This document shows, piece after piece, positions 7,603 to 15,463 of a DNA stretch of 20,852 nucleotides. Below the pieces are notes generated by a model. The model was not told the DNA's origin. It did not search any database and was given only the letters and a program-made list of their open reading frames with translations. Each line of letters opens with the position of its first letter. Positions within the stretch are counted from its first letter, which is position 1. Source of the DNA: a candidate division WOR-3 bacterium (GTDB taxonomy: Bacteria > Hydrothermota > Tepidihabitantia > Tepidihabitantales > Tepidihabitantaceae); assembly GCA_965648905.1 (NCBI GenBank), contig CBFGIT010000042.1:1-20852 (forward strand), given 5' to 3'. Made by a program: the position numbers and the translations under genes.

Positions 7603-8630
7603 TCTGGCTGCTCATTGTTATCCTCGCCGTGCTCGTGGTCGCGCTCTATCCGGTGGTGCGTGACTGGCTGCGCCGGCGTCAGACCGCAGCACCGTCCTAC
7701 GTCGAAGGCCTGCAACTGGCACTTGACCACCGCATCGACCAGGCGATTGCCCGGTTCAAGGACGCGGTCGAACAGGATACGGACAACATCGACGCTTACA
7801 TCCGCCTGGGCGACCTATTGATGGAGCGGGGCGACATTGACCGGGCCCTGCGTCTGCATGAGAATCTCGCTCTGCGCCGCAACCTGAACCCGCGGGACGA
7901 GCGACGGGTCTACCAGGCCCTGGTGCGCGACTACCTCCGCACTGACCGCAAGGTCAAAGCCATCTCCCTGCTTGAGGAGCTGATTCACCAGGACCGAAGC
8001 GACTTTGCCAGCCGCGAGCAACTGCTCCGGCTCTACATCGACACCGGGTCATGGGACAAAGGCGAGGAACTGATGAAAGAAATCGGCCGCAGTCCAAGTG
8101 ACCGGGCCGCGGCCGTGCGGATGCTGACCGAGTTCGGCCGAGCGGTCCGCGCCGCCAATCCGACCATGGCCCGGACGTACCTTGACCAGGCTCTGCGCCT
8201 CGACCCGCAATCGGTTCCGGCCCGGGTCTATCTGGGTGACCATCTGCTTGCTCAGGGCGATACCGACAGCGCCATCAGGGTCTGGAACGAGGTCCTCAAC
8301 TCGGCCCCGGAGCAGAACGCACTGGTGCGCGAACGCCTGGAGCGCGCCTACTATGAGGCCGGCCGGTACGACGACGTAATCCAGCTCTACGAGCGGCTGC
8401 TGCGCCGGATTCCCGACGATGCCGGACTGGCCGTCGACCTGGCCGAAATCCTGCGCAAGAAAGAAGACCGAGCCGGAGCGGTACAACTGCTGGAGCGGGC
8501 CGCACGCAAAGAGAACGCCGACCTGAAGATTCTGGTTGCCCTGGCCCGGCTCTACGTCGAGTCGGACCAGCCGGCCCGGGCCACGTCACTGCTCGACTCG
8601 GTCCTCGAACGACTTCGTCCCGGCGCGTAG
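7599..8630 (+). CDS. Membrane-anchored TPR protein, LapB/YciM-like
   Basis: N-terminal TM, then YVEGL...AI..F...AYIRLGDL...GDIDRALRLHENL resembling the LapB N-terminal region. Multiple TPRs and lapA adjacency. No C-terminal rubredoxin cysteines. Confidence 0.7.
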   Translation: MIWLLIVILAVLVVALYPVVRDWLRRRQTAAPSYVEGLQLALDHRIDQAIARFKDAVEQDTDNIDAYIRLGDLLMERGDIDRALRLHENLALRRNLNPRDERRVYQALVRDYLRTDRKVKAISLLEELIHQDRSDFASREQLLRLYIDTGSWDKGEELMKEIGRSPSDRAAAVRMLTEFGRAVRAANPTMARTYLDQALRLDPQSVPARVYLGDHLLAQGDTDSAIRVWNEVLNSAPEQNALVRERLERAYYEAGRYDDVIQLYERLLRRIPDDAGLAVDLAEILRKKEDRAGAVQLLERAARKENADLKILVALARLYVESDQPARATSLLDSVLERLRPGA

Positions 8631-8685
8631 CTGCGAGTCGTCAGAGCCGACAACCGGTGATGCCCTGACCGACTGACTTCTGTCC

Positions 8686-11295
8686 ATGTCCGAACGTCTG
8701 ACCCCGCTTCTTGCCCAGTATCGCCGCATCAAGGAGGCGCACCCGGGAACAATCCTGCTCTTTCGGGTCGGGGACTTCTACGAGATGTTCTACGAAGATG
8801 CCGAAGTCGGCGCGCGCGCCCTGGGTCTGACTTTGACCTCCCGACCTCATGGCCCGCATAATCGCGTGCCGCTGGCCGGGGTTCCGGCCAAGGCACTTGA
8901 CACCTATCTGTCCCGACTCGTCACTCAGGGGTTCAAGGTCGCGGTCTGCGACCAGCTCGAACTGCCGGTTCCGGGCAAGCCCGTGGTCAGGCGCGACGTA
9001 GTCGAAGTCCTGACTCCGGGCACGGTCACCACGCCCGGTCTGCTCGACGCCCAGCGGAACAACTACCTGGTCGCGCTCGCCCCAGCCGGTGACCGGTTCG
9101 GACTGGCATTCGCCGACGTCTCGACCGCAGAGTTCTGTGCTGCCGAGGTCTCGCTATCGGTTCTGGCCGAAGAAATCCAGAAGCTCGCCCCGGCCGAAAT
9201 ACTCCTGCCCCAGAACATTGACCCTGACCTGGTTCCGGACCTGAAGTCACCGGTCACCCGGCTCGACGACTACTACTTCACTCAGGACTATGCGTTCGAC
9301 AAGCTCGCCTCCCATTTCGGTGTGGCCAACCTTGAGGGGTTCGGTGTCGCCGAGCTGACCGAAGGCATCTGCGCGGCCGGCGCCGTTCTCCATTACTTGG
9401 AGCAGACCCAGCGCTCAGCCCTGCCCCATATTCGCCGCATCGCGCCCTACCGGGTTGCCGACTGCATGTTGATTGACCGCATCTCCCGCCGCAACCTCGA
9501 ACTGGTCGAGCGCATCCATGCCGAAGACGGCGACCGGACCAGCCACACCCTGTTCGCCGTGCTCGACCGAACCCGCACGCCCATGGGCACCCGCTGCCTT
9601 CGGCGCTGGCTCCTCGCCCCGCTGCTCGAAGTCGAACGCATCAAAGCACGCCAGGACGCGGTCGAGGAGCTCGTCGCTGCCGGTTCGAACCTGACCGAGC
9701 TCCAGGCCGCGCTTGCCCGACTCGGTGACCTGGAACGGGTGAGCTCGCGCGTGGCACTCGAGCGCTGTCACGCCCGGGACTTGGTCGGTCTTGCCTCCTG
9801 GCTCAGGGTGGCACCAGATATCAGGGAGCTGTTTTCCCGAAACAGCCCGGTTCTCGCCCCTGACTTAGAGCGCATTCGCTCCGGCATCGAGGACTTCTCC
9901 GTGGTTGTCCAGGACATCGAACAAACCCTGGTCGATGACCCGCCCCTGGCAACCAACGAAGGCGGTCTCATCCGCGACGGCCACAACGCCGAGCTTGACG
10001 AGCTACGCCGACTGGCCCACGACGCCAAGACCTTCATCGCCCGACTCCAGGAGACCGAGCGCCAGCGCACCGGCATCCCTAATCTGCGCGTCGCCTACAA
10101 CTCGGTCTTCGGCTACTATATCGAAGTCACCAAGTCCGGGCTTGACCGCGTTCCCAAGAACTACCTGCGCAAGCAGACTGTCGCCGGTGGCGAGCGGTTC
10201 ATCACCCCGGAGCTGAAAGAGTACGAAGCCAAGGTGCTGAACGCTGAGGAGCGGATCAAGCGGCTCGAATACGAACTGTTCTGCAGCCTACGCCGCAGAG
10301 TCGCCGCCGAAGTGGCCAGGATTCTCTCACTTTCAGCCCTGCTGGCCGAACTCGATGCGCTCGCCGGCCTGGCCCAGGTCGCGCGCGAGAACCGCTATGT
10401 CCGGCCCGTGGTTGACAATTCGACCGTGCTCGAAATCAAGGCCGGCCGTCACCCGGTGGTCGAGAGACTGCTCGCCGACCAGTTCATCCCCAACGATGCA
10501 GCCCTCGCCGGACCAGACACGCACGCCGCAACCGACCGCCCACCGCAGATAGTCATCCTCACCGGCCCGAACATGGCCGGCAAGTCGACCTATCTGCGTC
10601 AGATTGCGCTCATTACCATCATGGCGCAGATTGGCTCGTTTGTCCCGGCGGAATCGGCCCGCATCGGCATCGTTGACAAGGTCTTCACCCGCATCGGCGC
10701 GTCCGACGACTTGTCGCGTGGCGTCTCGACGTTTCTCGCCGAGATGACCGAGACCGCCAATATCCTCAACAACACCACCGCCCGAAGCCTCGTCATCCTC
10801 GACGAGGTCGGCCGGGGCACCTCGACAGACGACGGCCTGGCCCTGGCCTGGGCTGCGGTTGAATACCTGCACAACGGGCCGAGCAATCCGCGCACCGTCT
10901 TCGCCACCCACTACCACGAACTGACTGAAGTCGCCCGGCTCCTCGCCCGGGCCGCGAACTTCAGCTTTCAGGTTCGGGAGACCGGGGAGTCGATACTCTT
11001 CCTGCGCAAGCTCAAGCCCGGCCCGGCCAACAAGAGTTACGGCATCGCGGTCGCCCGACTCGCCGGCCTGCCGCGTGAAGTCGTCCGTCGGGCCGAGCAG
11101 GTCCTCACCGCATTTGAGGAGAAGGAGTCAAGGGATCTGACTAGGCTCGAACCAGCCGAGCCGGAACCGACCCTTGCTGCAGATGTGCCGCTCCACCCGG
11201 TGCTGGAGCAACTTCGTGAAGCCGACCTCGACCGCCTCTCCCCAATCGAGGCCTTCAACCTGCTCCTCAAGCTCAGGCGCGAGCTCGACCGCTAG
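8686..11295 (+). CDS. mutS: DNA mismatch repair protein MutS (MutS1)
   Basis: GDFYEMF mismatch-binding motif, Walker A TGPNMAGKST, STFLAEM, LDEVGRG, ATHYHEL, SYGIAVA. Confidence 0.98.
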   Translation: MSERLTPLLAQYRRIKEAHPGTILLFRVGDFYEMFYEDAEVGARALGLTLTSRPHGPHNRVPLAGVPAKALDTYLSRLVTQGFKVAVCDQLELPVPGKPVVRRDVVEVLTPGTVTTPGLLDAQRNNYLVALAPAGDRFGLAFADVSTAEFCAAEVSLSVLAEEIQKLAPAEILLPQNIDPDLVPDLKSPVTRLDDYYFTQDYAFDKLASHFGVANLEGFGVAELTEGICAAGAVLHYLEQTQRSALPHIRRIAPYRVADCMLIDRISRRNLELVERIHAEDGDRTSHTLFAVLDRTRTPMGTRCLRRWLLAPLLEVERIKARQDAVEELVAAGSNLTELQAALARLGDLERVSSRVALERCHARDLVGLASWLRVAPDIRELFSRNSPVLAPDLERIRSGIEDFSVVVQDIEQTLVDDPPLATNEGGLIRDGHNAELDELRRLAHDAKTFIARLQETERQRTGIPNLRVAYNSVFGYYIEVTKSGLDRVPKNYLRKQTVAGGERFITPELKEYEAKVLNAEERIKRLEYELFCSLRRRVAAEVARILSLSALLAELDALAGLAQVARENRYVRPVVDNSTVLEIKAGRHPVVERLLADQFIPNDAALAGPDTHAATDRPPQIVILTGPNMAGKSTYLRQIALITIMAQIGSFVPAESARIGIVDKVFTRIGASDDLSRGVSTFLAEMTETANILNNTTARSLVILDEVGRGTSTDDGLALAWAAVEYLHNGPSNPRTVFATHYHELTEVARLLARAANFSFQVRETGESILFLRKLKPGPANKSYGIAVARLAGLPREVVRRAEQVLTAFEEKESRDLTRLEPAEPEPTLAADVPLHPVLEQLREADLDRLSPIEAFNLLLKLRRELDR

Positions 11296-11311
11296 AGCCC
11301 TGAACCGTCGG

Positions 11312-11668
11312 CTACTGAAGCAACTTGACCAGTTCCGCCGGATTGACCGGCTTGTGGAGCACCTGGGCCAGGTTCTCCCGGCGCGCGGCCTGGGCCGCAG
11401 CACCGTGGGCATAAGCAGTGATGACGATGAAACGTGTGTCGGGCAGCCGAGGCCTGAACTGCCGAATCAGCTCGACCCCGTCGCCATCAGGCAGGACAAT
11501 GTCCACCAGCGCCACGTCGTACCGTCGACTGCCGAGCAAGGCTCGGGCCTGCTCCGCGGTCGAGGCGTTATCAACCTTCGCGCCCTCATCGGCCAGGATG
11601 TCGCTCATCGTTTCCAGAATACCCTGATTGTCCTCAATCAGCAGTACTCGCACACCAGCTTTCACCAT
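11312..11668 (-). CDS. Stand-alone response regulator receiver (CheY-like), 118 aa
   Basis: SD GGAGG before ATG 11668. VLLIED, DVALVDIVLPDGDG (phospho-Asp), ITAY and KP motifs; no output domain. Confidence 0.9.
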   Translation of the reverse strand: MVKAGVRVLLIEDNQGILETMSDILADEGAKVDNASTAEQARALLGSRRYDVALVDIVLPDGDGVELIRQFRPRLPDTRFIVITAYAHGAAAQAARRENLAQVLHKPVNPAELVKLLQ

Positions 11669-11679
11669 CCACCTCCAGG

Positions 11680-12351
11680 TCACTCGTGTCTGGGCAGGCA
11701 CAGCCGAACCACCGCGCCCGGGCTGTCGGACTTCACCAGTTCAATCCGTCCACCGCAGGCACCAACCGCCTGCCGGGCCACGCAGAGGCCGATGCCGAGC
11801 CGCGCCGACGACGTGCTGAAGAGTGGCTCAAAGGCACGCACCTGCACCGTCTCATCCATGCCTGGCCCGATGTCGGCCACTTCGACAAATGTCTCGTGCT
11901 CGGTCTGGTCGGCCACAACCCTGACCCGACCGCCGTTAGGCATTGCCTCAATGCTGTTTCTGATTATGTTGGTCAGGGCGAGTCGCAGCCGGTGCGGGTC
12001 ACACCAGACCACAATGTCAGGTCGGACGATTACTTCGACCTGGACCTCGTCGATACCAACGACCCGGTCGAGGGCCGCGCCGACCACCGCGGCGAGCTCG
12101 ATCTCGCTCCGCTCGTACGGCTGTGCACCGACCAGGCCATCAAGATTGGCAACCAGCTCGGTCATCTCTTCGACCGCCCGAAGCGCGAGGCCGAGGTGAC
12201 GCCGAACCTTCTGGTTTAGGTCGGCTCCTGAGTGCAGGTTGACATAGTAGATTGCATTCCGGAGCACAGCCAAAGGCTGACGGAGCACGTTGGACATTCG
12301 GCCAGCCATGCGGCCGAGCAGTTCGAGTTGTTCCACGTGGCCGGCGTTCAT
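11680..12351 (-). CDS. Soluble histidine-kinase-like protein lacking the phosphoacceptor His (pseudo-kinase)
   Basis: H-box position reads SNVLRQPL versus AHEIRNPL in the neighbour. N box (NIIRNSIEAM) and G1 (DIGPGM) are present. G2 reads RLGIGL. No sensor domain. Confidence 0.85.
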   Translation of the reverse strand: MNAGHVEQLELLGRMAGRMSNVLRQPLAVLRNAIYYVNLHSGADLNQKVRRHLGLALRAVEEMTELVANLDGLVGAQPYERSEIELAAVVGAALDRVVGIDEVQVEVIVRPDIVVWCDPHRLRLALTNIIRNSIEAMPNGGRVRVVADQTEHETFVEVADIGPGMDETVQVRAFEPLFSTSSARLGIGLCVARQAVGACGGRIELVKSDSPGAVVRLCLPRHE

Positions 12352-14090
12352 CGCTCGTGTTCCTCTGCGCCCGGCAGCGTGACCACCGCAGTAACACCCT
12401 TGCCCGGCTCAGATTGCAGCTCGATCGTCCCTCGGTTCGCCTGCACGAAGTTCCGGCAGATGGGAAGCCCGAGCCCGATCCCGAATACCTTGGTCGAATA
12501 GAGCGGCTCAAACACCCGCGCCAGGTTCTCCGGCGCCATGCCCGGCCCTGAGTCCATCACCTTGATTGTCACCCAGCCATTCTCGCGCGCCCCGCGAATC
12601 ACGATTCGGCCCTTACCCGACATCGCCTGGCTCGCATTGGTCAGCAGGTTGACAATCACCTGGACCATCTGGGCCCGGTCCGCGCGCACTGCCAGCCCGG
12701 GCGCTAGCTCTCGGCCGACCCGCACGGTCTCTGGCAGATGTGCCTGCTCAAGCGCCTCAGTCACCAGCTCGCCGACATCGAGCCGTTGCGGCTCGGGCGT
12801 GCTGCCCCGGGCGAAATCAAGCAGGCTGGTGATGACCTCGTTCGCCCGGGCAATCTGCTGCTCGATTACATTCAAGTGGCGCTCGACCCGACTGCCCGGC
12901 TCAGCCACTACCTTGCGCTTCAGAAAGTACGCGGCATTGGCGATCGCGGCCAGCGGGTTGCGAATCTCGTGCGCCACACTGCCTGCGACCTGACCGAGCG
13001 TCGCCAGCTTCTCTTTCTGCACGAGTCTGGTATAGGCCGTGTTCAGCTCGCGGGTCCGCTGCTCGACCAGTCGCTCCAGTTGCCCGCGGTACTCGGCCAG
13101 CTCCTCCCGCTGCTCGAAGAACCCAACAACCAGCCGGGCCAGATGCCCGAATTCGGACCGGCTCTTCTGCAGCCCGCCGAGCAGCCCGGGCCGTTCCTCG
13201 ACCATCGCCCGGGTCAGTACTGTCAGTGGCCGCGCCACCAGTTGCAGTATGGCCAGCACCACGACGAGCATCACCGTCAGCCCGAATATGAGCAGCATGA
13301 CAAACTGCCGGTTCGACGCCCGATTGAACTCAGCGACCGCGTCCAGCCGCTTCCTGGCGCCGACGTGCGCCATGACCGAGTCGTCCGGCCCAACCAGGTC
13401 CCGCGTGATGAACATGATTCCCCGGTCCGGGAAGCTCTGATGCGGGCCGTGGCTGCTCACCGGGCCGTCCACTACCCGAATGCTGGCGCCGACCAGTCTG
13501 GAGAGTCCGCCGATGAAGCCCGCGCCCCAGTAGCGGCCAACGACCAATATTCCCTGAGGTGGGCCCGTGCGCTCCGGGTCATCGGTCGGGTGAACTGTCG
13601 CCCCGCGCAGTTCGAGCAGCCCGGCTGACTCCGGCAGAAACCAGTGGACGAACCGCGTCCCCTGGCGCAGGGGTCGAAGCGCCGCCTCGGGCAGGTCTGG
13701 CGGACGAACTCGGCTGTTCTCCCCGGCCGAGTAGAGCAGCACCCCGGTCGTGTCGAACACCCAGACCGCGCTAGCCTGAAACGTCCCAAGTGACGCGGCC
13801 AGGTTCTTCTCGGCCCACGCTGAGTCGGACGAACGGATGAACTGCACCAGCTCGTCCCAGTAGGAGTAGTCCCGGGCAAACATCTCAAGCGAGGCGCCCT
13901 GCACCTCAACCAGTTTGTCGAACATCGCGCTTTCTTCTGCGATCCGCCGGTCGAACAGCCGCCGGATGCGGTTCTGCTCAGCAAACCGGTGAAGGACCAA
14001 GCCGACAAGAACTGCTGCGGTCACCAGCCCAACCAACAGCACGACCCTGGTCTCGGTCCGTGCTCCGGCCTGCCTCAGTCGCTCGTACAT
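12348..14090 (-). CDS. Membrane sensor histidine kinase with CHASE4-like extracytoplasmic domain (~580 aa)
   Basis: Likely start ATG 14090, since the upstream extension looks non-coding and overlaps another ORF. Two TMs flank DYSYWDEL (CHASE4-like), followed by AHEIRNPL, NLLTNA, DSGPGM and GIGLGL. Confidence 0.9.
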   Translation of the reverse strand: MYERLRQAGARTETRVVLLVGLVTAAVLVGLVLHRFAEQNRIRRLFDRRIAEESAMFDKLVEVQGASLEMFARDYSYWDELVQFIRSSDSAWAEKNLAASLGTFQASAVWVFDTTGVLLYSAGENSRVRPPDLPEAALRPLRQGTRFVHWFLPESAGLLELRGATVHPTDDPERTGPPQGILVVGRYWGAGFIGGLSRLVGASIRVVDGPVSSHGPHQSFPDRGIMFITRDLVGPDDSVMAHVGARKRLDAVAEFNRASNRQFVMLLIFGLTVMLVVVLAILQLVARPLTVLTRAMVEERPGLLGGLQKSRSEFGHLARLVVGFFEQREELAEYRGQLERLVEQRTRELNTAYTRLVQKEKLATLGQVAGSVAHEIRNPLAAIANAAYFLKRKVVAEPGSRVERHLNVIEQQIARANEVITSLLDFARGSTPEPQRLDVGELVTEALEQAHLPETVRVGRELAPGLAVRADRAQMVQVIVNLLTNASQAMSGKGRIVIRGARENGWVTIKVMDSGPGMAPENLARVFEPLYSTKVFGIGLGLPICRNFVQANRGTIELQSEPGKGVTAVVTLPGAEEHER

Positions 14091-14103
14091 CGACAGGTCC
14101 GGG

Positions 14104-14301
14104 CTAACCCTGCCAGAGCGGGTTCGGTGGCAGCCCGTGCTCGTGCCGGGCAGCAAGCAGTTGCTCGACCGCCTGCCGGTCCCGGCAGATTCGGGCGATG
14201 TTGTTGAGTGTCGCCCGGCTGACGCCGTACTTGACCCGCAGTCGAATCCGGTCAGCAACGGTCAGTGTCCCGAGTCTTGACGTTGCGCTGCTCCCCTTCA
14301 T
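14104..14301 (-). CDS. Small basic hypothetical protein (65 aa), first gene of the signalling operon
   Basis: Strong SD GGAGG 4 nt before the ATG. The stop lies 13 nt before the kinase ATG. Confidence 0.65.
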   Translation of the reverse strand: MKGSSATSRLGTLTVADRIRLRVKYGVSRATLNNIARICRDRQAVEQLLAARHEHGLPPNPLWQG

Positions 14302-14493
14302 GCTTCCTCCATTATCTCGGTCAATTGCTTCTAGCGAGTCTGGAATGAGACACCTCTTCTAGATGCCCGTCAAGCCGGCATCGCCTCGCGCCGCGCAGGA
14401 CGCTCTCCGGCTGTCGCAGAGGGGCCGGTCTGGCTCGACCGGCACTGTGCGACTGGACTGTCAAAGGTGAATCTCGGCAGCATGGTGCGACTG

Positions 14494-14522
14494 AAAAGGA
14501 AAAACGGTCGGCCTTAGCCGAC
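14494..14522 (-). terminator. Intrinsic-terminator-like hairpin in the operon leader
   Basis: Minus strand reads GTCGGC-TAAG-GCCGAC-CG-TTTTTCCTTTT. Confidence 0.5.
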
Positions 14523-14582
14523 GCGCACCAGCCACTCAAGTGATGAACGGCAAATGACTACCAACCTTCTCATATCACCTTA

Positions 14583-14611
14583 ATTGTACCCGCGAGTCGG
14601 GCCGGGGTCAA
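14583..14611 (-). promoter_or_regulatory. Sigma70-type promoter facing the signalling operon
   Basis: Minus strand TTGACC (14611-14606), 17 bp, TACAAT (14588-14583). Confidence 0.7.
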
Positions 14612-14619
14612 ACTTGTCC

Positions 14620-14647
14620 TTGACAGGCGAATCGGGGCGGGTAGCAT
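14620..14647 (+). promoter_or_regulatory. Divergent sigma70-type promoter
   Basis: TTGACA (14620-14625), 16 bp, TAGCAT (14642-14647), followed by SD AGGAGG (14661-14666). Confidence 0.55.
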
Positions 14648-14674
14648 TGTTCGCCACCAGAGGAGGGCGGCATC

Positions 14675-14755
14675 GTGCACTGGTATTATGCCCATACCAA
14701 GCAACAATGGCGGGGTGCAGGCGTCTTTCACGTCCGAACGGACGTGTTGATATGA
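14675..14755 (+). CDS. Candidate 26-aa peptide MHWYYAHTKQQWRGAGVFHVRTDVLI
   Basis: Promoter, AGGAGG, 8-nt spacing, GTG start and TGA stop at 14753-14755. Below the ORF-track size range. Confidence 0.4.
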   Translation: MHWYYAHTKQQWRGAGVFHVRTDVLI

Positions 14756-14777
14756 GAAGGCGTCTCTGCACCCCGCC
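14709..14777. other. Long multi-stem hairpin (possible structured RNA or terminator)
   Basis: GGCGGGGTGCAG/CTGCACCCCGCC (12 bp perfect), GCGTCTTT/GAAGGCGT (with wobbles) and CACGTCC-GAAC-GGACGTG (7 bp perfect). Confidence 0.7.
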
Positions 14778-14926
14778 TACATCAAGGAGGCCGGGGGGAA
14801 GACAGGATTGTCGGAAGAACGCATGCTGATGGTTGGCCAAACTAGTATGTCAACGACCAGCGCCTCAACTGAATTATCATCTGACAACTGCCATCTGTCA
14901 ATGGTTGAAGTCAGTGTCGGGCCGGT

Positions 14927-15382
14927 CTACGGTCGGCCCAGGAGGTCGGCCCCGAGCGCGTTCCTCAGGAGTCGCTGAAACTGCGGGCTTGACAGGGCGC
15001 TGTCGGCCCGCTGCAGAAACTTCCAGTCCTCATACTCGCTGCCCGGTCTGCGGCCGCCGGTGTGAACTCGCACCTCGCCCCCGGACAGAAGGCCCAGAAT
15101 CTCCATCAAGGGCATCCCGGCCAGTTCACTCTCGTCCGGTTCGTCAAGCGTGTCTTCCTCGAAACGTCGGCCGTACTGCTCATCGTTGGTCAGCGCCCGC
15201 CCCAGCCTGAGCGCCTGCTTGACTGCCGGACCTGAACCGGCGCTCCGGCGTCGCGCCTGGCGCAATCGCGCCTGAGTAACGAGCGCAGGTTCAACGTCAT
15301 CCGGCCCGCTGTTGTGAATGAGAATGCCGACGACAAGGCCGGCCAGCACAAGTCCAACCAGAATCTGACCATTAGAGCTCAT
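14927..15382 (-). CDS. Hypothetical single-pass membrane protein (151 aa)
   Basis: SD GAGGAAGG, upstream TATAAT, N-terminal TM ILVGLVLAGLVVGILI and a charged C-terminal region. Confidence 0.7.
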   Translation of the reverse strand: MSSNGQILVGLVLAGLVVGILIHNSGPDDVEPALVTQARLRQARRRSAGSGPAVKQALRLGRALTNDEQYGRRFEEDTLDEPDESELAGMPLMEILGLLSGGEVRVHTGGRRPGSEYEDWKFLQRADSALSSPQFQRLLRNALGADLLGRP

Positions 15383-15398
15383 CTTCCTTCCTCGGATA

Positions 15399-15450
15399 AT
15401 TATACTCGGAACCTGCCTCTCTTGCCAGCCCTGCGCCCGGGCACTAGAAT
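15399..15450. promoter_or_regulatory. Overlapping bidirectional promoter
   Basis: Plus strand TTGCCA (15422-15427), 17 bp, TAGAAT (15445-15450). Minus strand TATAAT (15404-15399) lies 17 bp from the same hexamer read as TGGCAA. Confidence 0.55.
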
Positions 15451-15463
15451 CAACCGCTCATCC

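Larger units (their letters stand above)
14565..14760. repeat. Perfect 13-bp inverted repeat pair enclosing 170 bp
   Basis: CCTTCTCATATCA (14565-14577) and TGATATGAGAAGG (14748-14760). Confidence 0.85.

Noticed and set aside
11174..12199. 341-aa plus-strand ORF
   Set aside because: Antisense shadow of the receiver and pseudo-kinase genes, with no recognisable motifs.
12738..13628. 296-aa plus-strand ORF
   Set aside because: Antisense shadow of the CHASE4 kinase in GC-rich DNA.
14091..14258. N-terminal extension of the kinase in the ORF track
   Set aside because: Low-complexity S/T/G/R translation that overlaps the SD-supported 65-aa ORF.
14708..14777. tRNA-Met-like look on the minus strand (GGCGGGG...CTCATA...GTTCG...CCCCGCCA)
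   Set aside because: The spacing is wrong for a cloverleaf, there is no D arm or anticodon stem, and it folds as one long hairpin.
14833..15210. 125-aa plus-strand ORF as target of the 14620 promoter
   Set aside because: Mostly antisense to the better-supported 14927-15382 gene, and the nearby AAGGAGG (14784-14790) is too far from its start.
15314..15463. N-terminal extension of MnmG
   Set aside because: It overlaps the divergent gene and promoter, and MnmG homology starts at ATG 15464.
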